Assembly: GCF_001194135.2 (NCBI RefSeq)
Contig: NC_068990.1
Span: 59,541,202 to 59,575,400, forward strand
Length of the DNA stretch: 34,199 bases
Direction: 5' to 3'
From: Octopus bimaculoides
Taxonomy: Eukaryota
Position 1 is the stretch's first letter; every line of letters begins with the position of its first letter. Shown here one piece after another: positions 10,600 to 23,134 of this stretch. The notes under the pieces are model-generated. The model saw only the letters and a list, made by a program, of their open reading frames with translations, was not told the origin of the DNA and made no database searches. A program made the translations under genes and the position numbers.

Positions 10600-10760
10600 T
10601 CGAAATTTGTCATGAGGCCAGCAAATTCAGGGGAAGAGGTAAGTTAATTACATCAATACCAGTGCTCAACTGGTACTTATTTTAGGGATCCTGAAAGGAG
10701 GAAAGGCAAAGTCAACCTTGACAGGATTTGAACTCGTAACCTAAAGATGGTTCTGCATTT
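10600..10760 (-). mobile_element. SINE family D fragment
   Basis: GGAAAGGCAAAGTCAACCTTGACAGGATTTGAACTC is the reverse complement of the core at 30157-30195. Confidence 0.65.
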
Positions 10761-10891
10761 TGCCTGATATACTAACAATTCTTTACAAACCTTGGTTTGT
10801 AAAGATATTAAAGAGAGGAAGAGACTGCAGTACACACATCAGAGATAGTTGTTGAGAGTTTATATAAGGCATGCGTTAGTCATATCACTAA

Positions 10892-11212
10892 GTGAAGGTG
10901 CATGGCTTAGTGGTAAGAGTATTCAGGTCATGATCATAAGGTTGTGAGTTTGATTCTGGCAGTGTGTTGTATCCTTGAGCAAGACACTTTATTTCACATT
11001 GTTCCAGTTCACTCAGTTGGCAAAAATGAGTCGTACCTGTATTTCAAAGGGTCAGTTTTATCACAATGTGTCATGCTGAATCTGCTTGAGAACTACATTA
11101 AGGGTATGCATGTCTGTGGAGTGCTCAGCCATGTGTACGTTAATTTCATGAACAGGCTGTTCCATCGATTGGATCCTCTGGAACCCTCATTGTTGTAACC
11201 GATGGAGTGCAA
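10892..11212 (+). mobile_element. tRNA-derived SINE family A, near full length
   Basis: TGGCTTAGTGG A box, GTGAGTTTGATTC B-box-like; tail GAGAACTACATTAAGGGTATGCATGTCTGTGGAGTGCTCAGCC shared with 32449-32491. Confidence 0.8.
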
Positions 11213-11242
11213 AGTGTTAAATCACAAGTTAATCAACTAGTG

Positions 11243-11586
11243 TAGTGGTTTTCAACTGAGATCCATATGATCCCTTGGCGGGGTCCATATAAAACTTTCT
11301 AGGGGTCCACACATGCAAAATAGTAAATCAGGTCCACATTGCTATCTTATGGATTCATGAAAAAACTTTGCTTTAGATGTATTTATTGCAAGAAACAGCT
11401 AGGTTTCTTTCTCTGACATTTTACATAGTTGAGCCTACACAAGGGATTATGTGCAAAACAAAATAGGAATTTTGAAAGAATTATCTTTAAAATTAGTTTT
11501 TAACCATCAGATGGTTATGGGGGGTCCACCAGAATAAAATAGTTATAAACGGGCTCCATAGATAAATAAATGGTTTAGAACCAATG
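11243..11586. mobile_element. hAT-like MITE
   Basis: Imperfect TIRs TAGTGGTTTTCAAC / GTTTAGAACCAATG; 8-bp TSD AACTAGTG (11235-42) / AGCTAGTG (11587-94), 7/8 match; related GGGGTCCA/TGGACCCC fragments near 31353 and 32670. Confidence 0.65.
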
Positions 11587-12394
11587 AGCTAGTGCCAAGT
11601 GTCAATCACCATGACAATTATAGTAGTATCATCAACGTTTTGAAATCAAAAATGATGCATTGCAAAGAGCAGTTGTAGAGGCTTCAAACAGTCCTTCTCC
11701 GGTACATCTCTACTCTTTTATCAGTGTACAATGACAGAACAATATCAGTTACTGGTGATAACACCATGTTACTCTAATAGATTAACAAAGTTAGTAAATC
11801 ATATAGTACTCTCATAGCCTGACATTTTTCACACATCAGCACAAATCTCTGATAGACATGCCACTTTCCATGCAGTTCTCTCTTTTTTAATCTACTAACC
11901 ATCCTATTGATACTACTAAGAACAGGTTTTTAATATTCTATGTATATCCTTCAGAAGACACACTGTCATAGTAACATTTTCATGTCTCTTTTTCATCTGT
12001 CACTGCAGAAAATTGTTTCAGACACACATTTTCCCTATGACATTCTAATTCATACAGAAATACTACTTGAAACTTGGAATACTGGAGAATGACCAGCAAC
12101 ACTTGCTGTAACAGCCACCCCACCTCGCAGGGATCATTTCTCAGATGGGCCCCAGTTACTGCAGTTACCCTGATTTTCTGAATGAAATCAGCATCAGCAG
12201 TACAGGGTCTGAGAACAATTGAGGTCTTGATGTGACTGGCACAAACTGATAATGGTCAGTCAAGCTCCTAGTTTTTTATTTTAAAAGAACATAAGCAAAT
12301 TTTCTACTTCCATTTCTTTGTTGGATAGATGTAAATATGATGTCTCATTTTGAGAGATTCTCATACACCTGATCAGCACTTGATACCAATCCCT

Positions 12395-12733
12395 ACTCTG
12401 CACTAGTGTTGGGCCTCACAGAGGCAATGACAAATGACTGAGACCTTTGGCATTATGCTGCACTTGAGAAGAAGACCTGTCAAGCCAAGTGAAATCATAG
12501 TCGTGGCAGATACTGGTGTCATGCAAATGGCATCCATGCCGGTGGTATGTAAAAGCACCAATTAAACTCTTAAAGTGGTTGGTGTTAGGAAGAGCATCCA
12601 GCCATAGAAATCATGCCAAATCAGACTAGAGTCTGGTACAGCCTTCCAGCTTGACAGCCCTAGTCAAACCGTCCAACCCATGCCAGCTTGGACACCGGAC
12701 GTTAAATGATGATGATCATGATGACAATGATGA
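12395..12733 (+). mobile_element. SINE family C
   Basis: GGTTGGTGTTAGGAAGAGCATCCAGCC...GTCAAACCGTCCAACCCATGCCAGC...GTTAAATGATGATGAT. Confidence 0.75.
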
Positions 12734-12861
12734 ATAAAAGTACCAAAACAGGTTGTAAAGATGTGATGGAACTGGCAGGTATGTATTCAGGGAAACAGTA
12801 AGTCAAGTAGTAGATGGGTGTAGATTATTGAGTTATGTAGTCATCACTCATGAAAGTGCCC

Positions 12862-13175
12862 GGGTAAGTGGTTAGAGCATTGGGCTCACAATCATGAGGT
12901 AGTGAGTTTGAGTCCCGGACCGACCGGTGTGTTGTGTGCTTAAGCAAGACACTTTATTTCATGCTGCTTCAGTTCACTCAGTTGCAGAAATGAGTTGCAG
13001 CATCACTGGTGTCAAGCTGTATTGGCCTTAGCCTTTCCCTTGGATACCATCAGTGGTGTGGTATGCATGGTGACTGTTTGTTTTCCATAAACAACCTTGC
13101 CCAGACTTGTGTCTCGGAAGATAACTTTCTAGGTGCAATCCCATGATCATTCAAGACCAAAGGGTGTCTTAACCC
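12862..13175 (+). mobile_element. tRNA-derived SINE family A (subtype shared with 26204-26544); a second head-only copy at ~13232-13295
   Basis: GTGGTTAGAGCATTGGGCTCACAATCATGAGGTAGTGAGTTTGAGTCCC; GCCTTTCCCTTGGAT...CTAGGTGCAATCCCATG. Confidence 0.75.
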
Positions 13176-13383
13176 TTTGCTCTAGTTACCACACAGCTTA
13201 TATACATATTCCAGTACTTTGTCCATGAAAGCATTCAGTGATTAGAGTGTCAGGCTCACAATCATGAGGTAGTGAGTTCAATTCCCAGACCAGGCAGCAT
13301 GAAAGATTTCTGAGAGTTGGTATTTAGCTCCAGTTTCATGGTATGCAGCAGAAGAAAAATAAGTTTTGACTTGAAAATTACAG

Positions 13384-13473
13384 AGAACATTGCTAGATGA
13401 CTTGAGATTTATTTCCAATGACGTCAACACTGTCAGAGGACATCCTTTATTTGGTGGTGCCAGGGAGGTGTCA
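13384..13473 (+). CDS. Candidate host-gene exon (90 bp, phase 0-0), product unidentified: RTLLDDLRFISNDVNTVRGHPLFGGAREVS
   Basis: TTACAG acceptor, TCA|GTGAGT donor, open frame, no visible repeat similarity. The antisense frame is also open, so the strand is uncertain. Confidence 0.3.
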
Positions 13474-13526
13474 GTGAGTATTAAAAATGGGGCAGACAAT
13501 TGGCTGTCTTTTATCTTTTATCACTT

Positions 13527-13965
<439 letters not shown>

Positions 13966-14094
13966 CAAACCAGTGCTGCATAGACAATTGCCATGTTTGA
14001 TAAAACTGAGAAGGTTTCCAACAACACGGCAAAGTAAAATAGAATTATATGTCTGCAAATTCTGTTTTTCTTCTCAAAGAATATTTCACAAATA

Positions 14095-14438
14095 GGCTAA
14101 GTGGTTAAAAAGCTCACATTGCAAGCATGTGGTTTTGGGTTCAGTTCCGCTCTATGGCATCTCAGGCAAGTGCCTTCTGACCAATGCTTTGTGAATGTAT
14201 TTGGTAGATGGAAACTGTATGAAAGCCTGTTATATATAATTCCACATGAAAAGCACCTGTGGCAATGCCACATAGAAGGCATATAAAAAGTGGTTGGCAT
14301 TAGGAAGAGCAGCTAGCTATAGAAATCATGCCAAAATGGACAACTGGAGCCTGATGCAGCTCTCCAGCTGGTCAGCTCTTGTCAACCCATCCAACCCATG
14401 CCAGCATAGAAAATGGATGTTAAATGATGATGATGATG
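14095..14438 (+). mobile_element. SINE with tRNA-like head and family C tail, followed by (CATA)n to ~14560
   Basis: GGCTAAGTGGTTAAAAGCTC...GGGTTCAGTTCC; tail TCCAACCCATGCCAGCATAGAAAATGGATGTTAAATGATGATGAT. Confidence 0.75.
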
Positions 14439-14575
14439 ATATATACACATACAAACATACATACATGCATACATACAAACATACATACATACATACATAC
14501 ATACATGCATACATACATACATACATACATACATGCATGCATGCATACATACATATATAGATATATATGGTGACC

Positions 14576-14666
14576 AGTAAATTCCACTCTGGAAAATTCC
14601 ACCAGGTAAATTTCACCATAGGTAAATTCCCCCACGGTATATTCCACTGTGGTAAATTTCACCATA
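14576..14666. repeat. Minisatellite, six 14-16-bp units, consensus GGTAAATTYCACYRY
   Basis: CAGTAAATTCCACTCT, GGAAAATTCCACCA, GGTAAATTTCACCATA, GGTAAATTCCCCCAC, GGTATATTCCACTGT, GGTAAATTTCACCATA. Confidence 0.85.
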
Positions 14667-14676
14667 CATGAATTTA

Positions 14677-14708
<32 letters not shown>

Positions 14709-15086
14709 NNNNNNNNNNNNNNNNNNNNNNNNNNNNNNNNNNNNNNNNNNNNNNNNNNNNNNNNNNNNNNNNNNNNNNNNNNNNNNNNNNNNNNNNNNNN
14801 NNNNNNNNNNNNNNNNNNNNNNNNNNNNNNNNNNNNNNNNNNNNNNNNNNNNNNNNNNNNNNNNNNNNNNNNNNNNNNNNNNNNNNNNNNNNNNNNNNNN
14901 NNNNNNNNNNNNNNNNNNNNNNNNNNNNNNNNNNNNNNNNNNNNNNNNNNNNNNNNNNNNNNNNNNNNNNNNNNNNNNNNNNNNNNNNNNNNNNNNNNNN
15001 NNNNNNNNNNNNGTTATATATATTTGTAAGTCCTGGTGTTTTTGTTATGTATTTGTCTGAATATTTTTTTTATTATACCTAAGGCA

Positions 15087-15088
15087 CA

Positions 15089-15141
<53 letters not shown>

Positions 15142-15146
15142 TATTA

Positions 15147-15198
<52 letters not shown>
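15087..15198. repeat. (ATT)n microsatellite; further ATT tracts at 14679-14708 and 15563-15625
   Basis: Direct reading. Confidence 0.95.
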
Positions 15199-15199
<1 letters not shown>

Positions 15200-15202
<3 letters not shown>

Positions 15203-15562
15203 TGAGAGCGCAGTGCATGCCATCAAAGTTACACTGTGGTAAAATATACGAAGCCCAATATATCCATCATGACTACCCGTCTGATAAGAATACACCAGGC
15301 ACATGCATCACAACCACATGTGTGTGACATGGTGATCTCATATCAAGATAAACAGCGCATGACCTTGCAGGTGAGGCCCAGTTAGTACTTTCTTTAGGTT
15401 GAGTAGCCCACCCCGCTCAAAAGGTCCTTGTTTATGGATGTTGAGCAAAACACCCATGTTTCCAAAGGTGAATTATCCAAACCCCGAACAATTCCTCTCA
15501 ACACATGGCTGTGATGCTCCGCCACTACTTCTGCTCGTGATCAGAGATGCACATATCTCTGA
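15200..15562. mobile_element. GC-richer interspersed repeat bounded by (ATT)n tracts, family unassigned
   Basis: Compositional contrast with flanks, retained CpGs, no sustained ORF; resembles a recurrent octopus repeat from memory only. Confidence 0.4.
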
Positions 15563-15591
15563 TATTATTATTATTATTATTATTGTTATCA

Positions 15592-15622
<31 letters not shown>

Positions 15623-15625
15623 TAT

Positions 15626-16106
15626 TTGGGTTACAATATTATGGAAATAAAAAGAGAATGCATAAAAAAAATATCAATAATGTCAATGAATACAAAAATA
15701 CGAGGGATAAAAATAATTAAGGAACAATCACATCAAGAAACATATGGTGAATACTTTAAACACCTGAATGAGGAAGCAATATCAAAAAATGACTCATTGA
15801 AATTTATAAAACAAAGCAAATACTCAATGATAGATAAAAATATTATACAGTGTTTACAAGACAAAAACAACTACTATGGAAGAAAAAAGGCACGTAGATA
15901 TTGTAACACAACGGAAATATCGAACATATGGCAATACAATGTGGAAAAATAGCACACATGAAATATAAAGAGAGACATGATGAGATAACCAAAATAATCT
16001 TTGCAAACCTACTACAACAGTATAACATCAAAAAACCAGATAATCAGAAATGTGCAAATAGAAAAGGTAACAACAAGTGAAAAGGTTAAGATTTTAGTAG
16101 ATAGCC
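15626..16106 (+). pseudogene. R4/Dong-like (RLE-type) non-LTR retrotransposon C-terminal fragment, frameshifted, running into a gap
   Basis: YGEYFKHLNEE...IQCLQDK...RYCNTTEISNI, then in another frame QCGKIAHMKYKERHDEITKII (RHD codons 15973-81), then EKVTTSEKVKILVD. This matches the order HG-Y...AQDQ...CCHC...EY--RHD...KILWD of RLE elements. Confidence 0.65.
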
Positions 16107-17199
16107 NNNNNNNNNNNNNNNNNNNNNNNNNNNNNNNNNNNNNNNNNNNNNNNNNNNNNNNNNNNNNNNNNNNNNNNNNNNNNNNNNNNNNNNNNNNNNN
16201 NNNNNNNNNNNNNNNNNNNNNNNNNNNNNNNNNNNNNNNNNNNNNNNNNNNNNNNNNNNNNNNNNNNNNNNNNNNNNNNNNNNNNNNNNNNNNNNNNNNN
16301 NNNNNNNNNNNNNNNNNNNNNNNNNNNNNNNNNNNNNNNNNNNNNNNNNNNNNNNNNNNNNNNNNNNNNNNNNNNNNNNNNNNNNNNNNNNNNNNNNNNN
16401 NNNNNNNNNNNNNNNNNNNNNNNNNNNNNNNNNNNNNNNNNNNNNNNNNNNNNNNNNNNNNNNNNNNNNNNNNNNNNNNNNNNNNNNNNNNNNNNNNNNN
16501 NNNNNNNNNNNNNNNNNNNNNNNNNNNNNNNNNNNNNNNNNNNNNNNNNNNNNNNNNNNNNNNNNNNNNNNNNNNNNNNNNNNNNNNNNNNNNNNNNNNN
16601 NNNNNNNNNNNNNNNNNNNNNNNNNNNNNNNNNNNNNNNNNNNNNNNNNNNNNNNNNNNNNNNNNNNNNNNNNNNNNNNNNNNNNNNNNNNNNNNNNNNN
16701 NNNNNNNNNNNNNNNNNNNNNNNNNNNNNNNNNNNNNNNNNNNNNNNNNNNNNNNNNNNNNNNNNNNNNNNNNNNNNNNNNNNNNNNNNNNNNNNNNNNN
16801 NNNNNNNNNNNNNNNNNNNNNNNNNNNNNNNNNNNNNNNNNNNNNNNNNNNNNNNNNNNNNNNNNNNNNNNNNNNNNNNNNNNNNNNNNNNNNNNNNNNN
16901 NNNNNNNNNNNNNNNNNNNNNNNNNNNNNNNNNNNNNNNNNNNNATATATATATATATATACATACGTATATATATATTATTAATATTTAGCACAAACAA
17001 CAGAGTAACTTAAGGGCCAAGAGTTTCATGAGTATATACATATACTCAATTTTTAGTTCTATTTTCCCTATTTGCATTGCCAAAGCTGCATATATATGCA
17101 TGTGTGTGTATGCGTGTGTGCGTGCGCGTGTGTGTGTGTTTGTGTGTGTGTGTATGTGGGGGGTGAGAGAGAGAGAGAGAGAGAGAGAGTATGTATGTA

Positions 17200-17430
17200 T
17201 ATGTCTGTGTCTCTGTGTTTGTTCCCTCCCCACTGCTTGACAGCTGGTGTTGATTTGTTTACTATCCCCATAACTTAGCAGCTCAGCAAAGGAGACAGCA
17301 AAGGAGACAAATAGAATAAGTAACACACATAAAGAAAAATAAGTACTGGGATCAATTTATTTGACTAAACTCTTCAAGATGGTGCCTCAGCATGGCTACT
17401 GTCCAATGACTGAAACAAACATAAAATAAA
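17200..17430 (+). mobile_element. SINE family B, 3' half, preceded by (TG)n/(GA)n
   Basis: CCCCACTGCTTGACAGCTGGTGTTG...GATGGTGCCTCAGCATGGC...TGACTGAAAC. Confidence 0.75.
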
Positions 17431-17699
17431 AGCTATTTTCATTTTTCCTTCCTGATGGGGGTCTGGTATTTATCAATTTTAGTATTGCTGAACTATGGCA
17501 ATATAGAATCATTTGTTCCACTCAGAAACACAACAGAACACCTACACTGTGTTTGAAAGCCCCAAACTAAGATTAGCAGCCCTAGTATGTTATCTACCCA
17601 ACTGTTTTTGCATAATGAAAATCATATAAACTAATCTTTCCTACCAGATGTTTTCAATCACTGATGGCATACTAGTGTACTGCATGTAACTGGTACTCT

Positions 17700-18004
17700 G
17701 TCAGTTGCAACTACATGGGTTCCAGTTGATCCGATCAACGGTACAGCCTGTTCATGAAATTATCGTGAGCATGGCTGAGCATTTTACAGACACACATGCC
17801 CTTAATGTAATTCTCAGAGTGATTCGTGACCCAGAATTTGTCAAAGCTGTCCCTTTGAAATACAGATACAGCTCATTTTTGCCAGCTGAGTGGACATGAG
17901 TAACGTGAAATAAAGTGTCTTGCTCAAGTACAGAACATGCTGCTGGGAATCAAACTCACAACCTTATGATCATGAGTCAAATACTCTTAACCATTAAGCC
18001 ATGC
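17700..18004 (-). mobile_element. tRNA-derived SINE family A
   Basis: Reverse complement of the 10892-11212 copy (GGTTCCAGTTGATCCGATCAACGG...TGAAATAAAGTGTCTTGCTCAAG...CCATTAAGCCATGC). Confidence 0.8.
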
Positions 18005-18321
18005 TGCATATAGTCAACAGGTGTACCACAAGAGTTTTGAAGTTGGTCAGAAATGATAAAATAATTAGAAAATTTAAAGGTTTTTATGCACATCAATGTT
18101 ACATACATATTCCTTTGCATGCACCTATCTCTGTTTAAAAACAATTTTAATAATCATTGTTTTGCTATTACAAAATGAGCATAATTATTTAATAAGCACT
18201 AGCCAAGTTAAGTAGCCTCTCATTTCTGGAGCTACAGGGATTCTTCTGAAAATGGAGCAATTTAATGGACTTATTCTTTGCCTTTGGGCTTGAGGCAGAT
18301 ACTTCATTTGGGATATCATTG

Positions 18322-18465
18322 CTGTCATCATCACCATTGTCGTCGCTGCTGCTGCCATCATTGTTGTCATCAACATCATTGTTGTTGTCGTCATCATTGT
18401 CATCATCATCGTTGTCGTCATCATCGTCGTTGTCGTTGTTGTTGTCGTCATCATCATCATCATTC
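18322..18465. repeat. Compound trinucleotide tract (CAT/GTT/GTC)n
   Basis: Direct reading; explains the poly-Asp/Thr/Ser ORFs at 18185-18513. Confidence 0.9.
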
Positions 18466-18960
18466 ATTCATTTAAGATCAATTTTCTATACTGGCACAGG
18501 TTGGACAGTTTGATAGGAGCTGATAAGGCCAGGAGCTGCACCAGGTACTATTATCTGTTTTGGCATGTTTACTTCAGCTGGTTGTCCTTCTTGACACTAA
18601 CCACTTTACGAAGTGTACTGGGTGCTTTTTACATAGCACCATCACCAGTGTTTTTTTATGTAGCACCAGCACTGACCAGGTCATCAAGTACCTTGCAAGA
18701 CAAGGTCCTTGGATATCACTGTTAGCGATGTCTTTGCTCTATTACACATTCTTAATTCTGTGGAATGTGGATCACTGCATCTGTAGCGGAACTGAATAAA
18801 ATACTCAAATTATGTTAATTTGTCAGTGATTTACATTTTTCTATGTGGGCATTTGGGATGTTCAATGGGAAATTTTAGCCATTGTAAGCATTTTCTCTCT
18901 CACCAAACTATCAAATGATGTTAGTGAGAGTGTCTGGCTTTTGAGAATCTAAGCCTCACA

Positions 18961-19215
18961 ATCATCATCATCATCATCATCATTTAATGTCTGCTTTTCA
19001 TGCTAGCATGGGCTGGAGGATTTGACTGAGAAATGGTGAACCAGATGGCTACACCAGGTTCCAATCTGATTTGGCAGAGTTTCTACAGCTGGATGCTCTT
19101 CTTAACGCCAACCACTCCGAGAGTGTAGTGGGTGCTTTTACGTGCCACCAGCACGAAGGCCAGTCAGGTGGTACTGGTAACGGCCATGCTCAAAATGGTG
19201 TATTTTACGTGCCTC
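18961..19215 (-). mobile_element. SINE family C; another partial copy at ~18490-18715
   Basis: (CAT)n CATTTAATGTCTGCTTTTCATGCTAGCATGGGCTGG...CTACAGCTGGATGCTCTTCTTAACGCCAACC. Confidence 0.75.
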
Positions 19216-19429
19216 CTCTTCATAATGTCATAAGTGTTTTCGGTGGCCCCAAAATCTTTAGAGAGGTACACTAGTGTATCTTGGTATGATGTATAGGTGC
19301 CGGCATGTATGTGTGTGTGTGTGCCTTTAGTTTTATTTATTATTACTTTCACTTTTTTGTAACCAGTAAATAAATTAATGAAAAACTATGTAAATATTAT
19401 ATTAAAAAAAAAAAATCATTACAAATTTC

Positions 19430-19525
19430 GGAATTTGTCGGGTACTTTATTTTATTGACCCTTAAAGGATTAAAGTCAAAGTTGACCTCAGCAGGGTTTG
19501 AACTAAGAGTCAGAAAGAATACCAC
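19430..19525 (-). mobile_element. SINE family D fragment
   Basis: GGTACTTTATTTTATTGACCC...AAAGTTGACCTCAGCAGGGTTTGAACT. Confidence 0.6.
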
Positions 19526-19909
19526 TAAACATTTTGTCTGACACACTAACAATACTCATTTTCCTTTTTATAATGATACTTTCGAAAAGTTGATCTATGT
19601 TGTAATAACCTTTAGAGACTTAGTTTATGTGCTGTGGATTAAAAATCACTTTCTGTACTCTCCCTAGCATAACAATAACAGACAAGTTAAGAGTTGAAAT
19701 TTCCATATATCAGATACATAACATTGATTCTCTATAGTTAAGACCTTATAGCAAATATATATATGTACCTGTGAGAAAATAATCACAGTAGAACTGTTAG
19801 TTTCTGTTAGAACTAAAGTATTGAATAAACATATTGCTTTCTCCACGTTCTGCATTAAGTGAGTTTCATACCTTTTCTGTGTTGTATTTCCACAATGCTA
19901 ATCTTTTGT

Positions 19910-20140
19910 CTTTTACTTGTTTCAGTCATTGGACAGGGGTACAGCATTACTGGGGTATTGCCTTTAAGGGTTTAGTCGAACAAATCAACTCAGTTGATAG
20001 AATAAGTACCACACTTAAAAACTAATGCTTTTTTTTTTTTTTGAAGTCTGGTACATATTCTATCAGATTCTTTTTGTAAATTGCTAAGTTATGGGGATGT
20101 TAACAAACCAACACTGGTTGTCAAGCAGTGGTGGAAAACA
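19910..20140 (-). mobile_element. SINE family B, 3' half
   Basis: TTTTACTTGTTTCAGTCATTGGAC...GCTAAGTTATGGGGATGTTAACAAACCAACACTGGTTGTCAAGCAGTGG. Confidence 0.7.
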
Positions 20141-20356
20141 AAGGCAAGCTACAAAGACATCAGTTTAACAACCGTCCCAAGATAAAAGATACAAATATAT
20201 ATAGTTCGAATTTACAGAAAACAAAAGATGAAGACAAGTGAAGAAACAACAAGCAGGTGTATTAGTTTAACACTCAGGAAGAATGGAAAAGTCTTTTACA
20301 TTTCGAGCCTACACACTTTGATAGAAAGAGGAAAAAAAAACAGATATATATATATA

Positions 20357-20403
<47 letters not shown>

Positions 20404-20406
<3 letters not shown>

Positions 20407-20640
20407 GCGTGTAGCTTAGTGGTTAGGGTGTTGGACTCATGATCATAAGATTGTAGTTTCGATTCCTGGACCAGGCAGTTCTTGAGCAAAACACTTCATT
20501 TCACATCGCTCCAGTCCACTTAGCAAGCAAAAAATGAGTAATCCTGCGATGGACTGGTGTCCCATCCAGGTGGAGAATTTATATGCCACAGAAACTGGCC
20601 CTATGAGTCTATCTGACTCAGGAAGGATCTCTACCTTGTG
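20404..20640 (+). mobile_element. tRNA-derived SINE (family A head)
   Basis: TAGCTTAGTGGTTAGGGTGTTGGACTCATGATC...GTTTCGATTCCTGG (A and B boxes). Confidence 0.75.
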
Positions 20641-21801
20641 TGTGTCTGTGTCTGTGTCTGTGTGTGTGTGTATGTCTGTACACACACATATACATGACAA
20701 GCTTCCACATGAATTTTGTCTACCATATTTACTCACAAGTCATTGATTGGCTTGGGGCTAGAGTAGGAGTCACTTGTCCAAGGTGTCACACAGTGGTACT
20801 GAACCGGAAACCACATGGCTGGAAAGCAAGTTTCTTAACCAAACAGCCAGTCTTGTGCCTAATGTAAACAAGTGAAACACATGTTGTGCATAATGTAGTT
20901 GTTATTGTTGTTTAGCCTTTCCCCTCCCTCCAGCAGATTAGCCTTTTTCAGCTAGCCTATAATCAAAGACATTCCAGACGTAACCATCCACCTTGTTATT
21001 TAATTTGTTTTTCAGGCTACTATTTTTTTAACACTGCATTTATCCAATGTACCCTAATGACAATGAAAGGTATTTTGAGGGAGATCTCAATGTTATTTCT
21101 AAAGAGTTTAATGATATGCACAAACCCTTAGTTGCTTCATCTAGTATATTGATTTAAGACCTCAAATATAAAGTAAAACAGTATAAAATATCACTCATAA
21201 CTCAGACATCACTCGTTCTCTGTAACTCAATGAAACAAATCTAAGGGAGATAATTCTTTAATTAATTTTATTAAGGTTTTTAAATGAAATTTAAATTTAA
21301 GGAGATAGTGAAATAACTAATTGGATAATGTAGCAACAGATCTATTAACAGACTGTAAGTTCAAGTCTGCCATATGCTCCTGTGTAGAACACACAATTCT
21401 ACAAGCTTCAGTTCACATATCTGTTAGAATAAATAGCAAGATCTTAGAATGTCATGTTTGAAAGAATCACGTCCTTGATAGAGTGAGGTTTGCTTCTTAT
21501 CAATTTAACAACATGATACCACAGATAAATATCAGTTTTTATGAGCCTCTTGGGGCTTTAAACATACATACATGCATAGATGCATATATATATATATATA
21601 TATATATATANNNNNNNNNNNNNNNNNNNNNNNNNNNNNNNNNNNNNNNNNNNNNNNNNNNNNNNNNNNNNNNNNNNNNNNNNNNNNNNNNNNNNNNNNN
21701 NNNNNNNNNNNNNNNNNNNNNNNNNNNNNNNNNNNNNNNNNNNNNNNNNNNNNNNNNNNNNNNNNNNNNNNNNNNNNNNNNNNNNNNNNNNNNNNNNNNN
21801 N

Positions 21802-21814
21802 ATATATATACACT

Positions 21815-21853
<39 letters not shown>

Positions 21854-21958
21854 GTGTACATATACAGAACATGTATACATACATACATAGTACATTCATA
21901 CATATATACATACATACATATATACATGCATGCACGCATGCATGCATACATACATACA

Positions 21959-21992
<34 letters not shown>

Positions 21993-22075
21993 CACACATA
22001 TGTACATACATACATACATACATACCAACATACATATATATATATATACATACATGTATATATACATGCATAGCT
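21802..22075. repeat. Compound (CA)n/(CATA)n/(TA)n tract
   Basis: Direct reading. Confidence 0.9.
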
Positions 22076-22455
22076 GCATACTTACATGCATCCTACATGT
22101 ATACAATGCTAACTGAGATACTGCAGAAGTTAACAGCAACGTTTTCAGCAGACAGAAGAATGTAATATTTCCAAAAGAAATGTTCACATTTGATAATTCC
22201 TAACAGGGGAAAAAAAAAAGAGGGGTGCTTCTCATGCACCCTTTCATTATCTCCCCTATTTTGCACAAGTGCTACAATCCTAGGTAGTGATAAAAAATGT
22301 ATCATACAAGGTATCATAAAAAAGTGCTCAAAGGTAGAGTAACCAAAGTTTATTCATTCAAGATTTAAAAATAAAAATATGTTGCTGGAGAACTGCTTTC
22401 TTACAACAAGATAATATTTGATAATGCATTTTCAATACCTGTAATGGTACCAATG

Positions 22456-22681
22456 TGGAGGCGCAATGGCCCAGTGGTTAGGGTAGTGGACTCGCGGTCA
22501 TAGGATCGCAGTTTCGATTCCCAGACCAGGCGTTGTGAGTGTTTATTGAGCGAAAACACCTAAAAGCTCCACAAGGCTCCGGCAGGGGACGGTGGCGAAC
22601 CCTGCTGTACTCTTCCACCACAACTTTCTCTCACTCTTTCGTCTTGTTTCTGTTGTGGCTGTAATTCAAAGGGTCAGCCAT
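22456..22681 (+). mobile_element. Young tRNA-derived SINE, cut by a gap
   Basis: TGGCCCAGTGG A box, GTTTCGATTCC B box, CpG-rich, closely similar to 32208-32410. Confidence 0.85.
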
Positions 22682-23134
22682 NNNNNNNNNNNNNNNNNNN
22701 NNNNNNNNNNNNNNNNNNNNNNNNNNNNNNNNNNNNNNNNNNNNNNNNNNNNNNNNNNNNNNNNNNNNNNNNNNNNNNNNNNNNNNNNNNNNNNNNNNNN
22801 NNNNNNNNNNNNNNNNNNNNNNNNNNNNNNNNNNNNNNNNNNNNNNNNNNNNNNNNNNNNNNNNNNNNNNNNNNNNNNNNNNNNNNNNNNNNNNNNNNNN
22901 NNNNNNNNNNNNNNNNNNNNNNNNNNNNNNNNNNNNNNNNNNNNNNNNNNNNNNNNNNNNNNNNNNNNNNNNNNNNNNNNNNNNNNNNNNNNNNNNNNNN
23001 NNNNNNNNNNNNNNNNNNNNNNNNNNNNNNNNNNNNNNNNNNNNNNNNNNNNNNNNNNNNNNNNNNNNNNNNNNNNNNNNNNNNNNNNNNNNNNNNNNNN
23101 NNNNNNNNNNNNNTATATATATATATATATTCTT

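Noticed and set aside
12040-12270. GC-richer block with a ~90-codon minus-strand frame
   Set aside because: No start or splice support and no motif; probably a decayed repeat.
22456-22530. tRNA genes at the SINE heads (also 10900, 20404, 26210, 32208)
   Set aside because: A and B boxes are present but there is no complete acceptor stem, and each continues into a shared SINE body.
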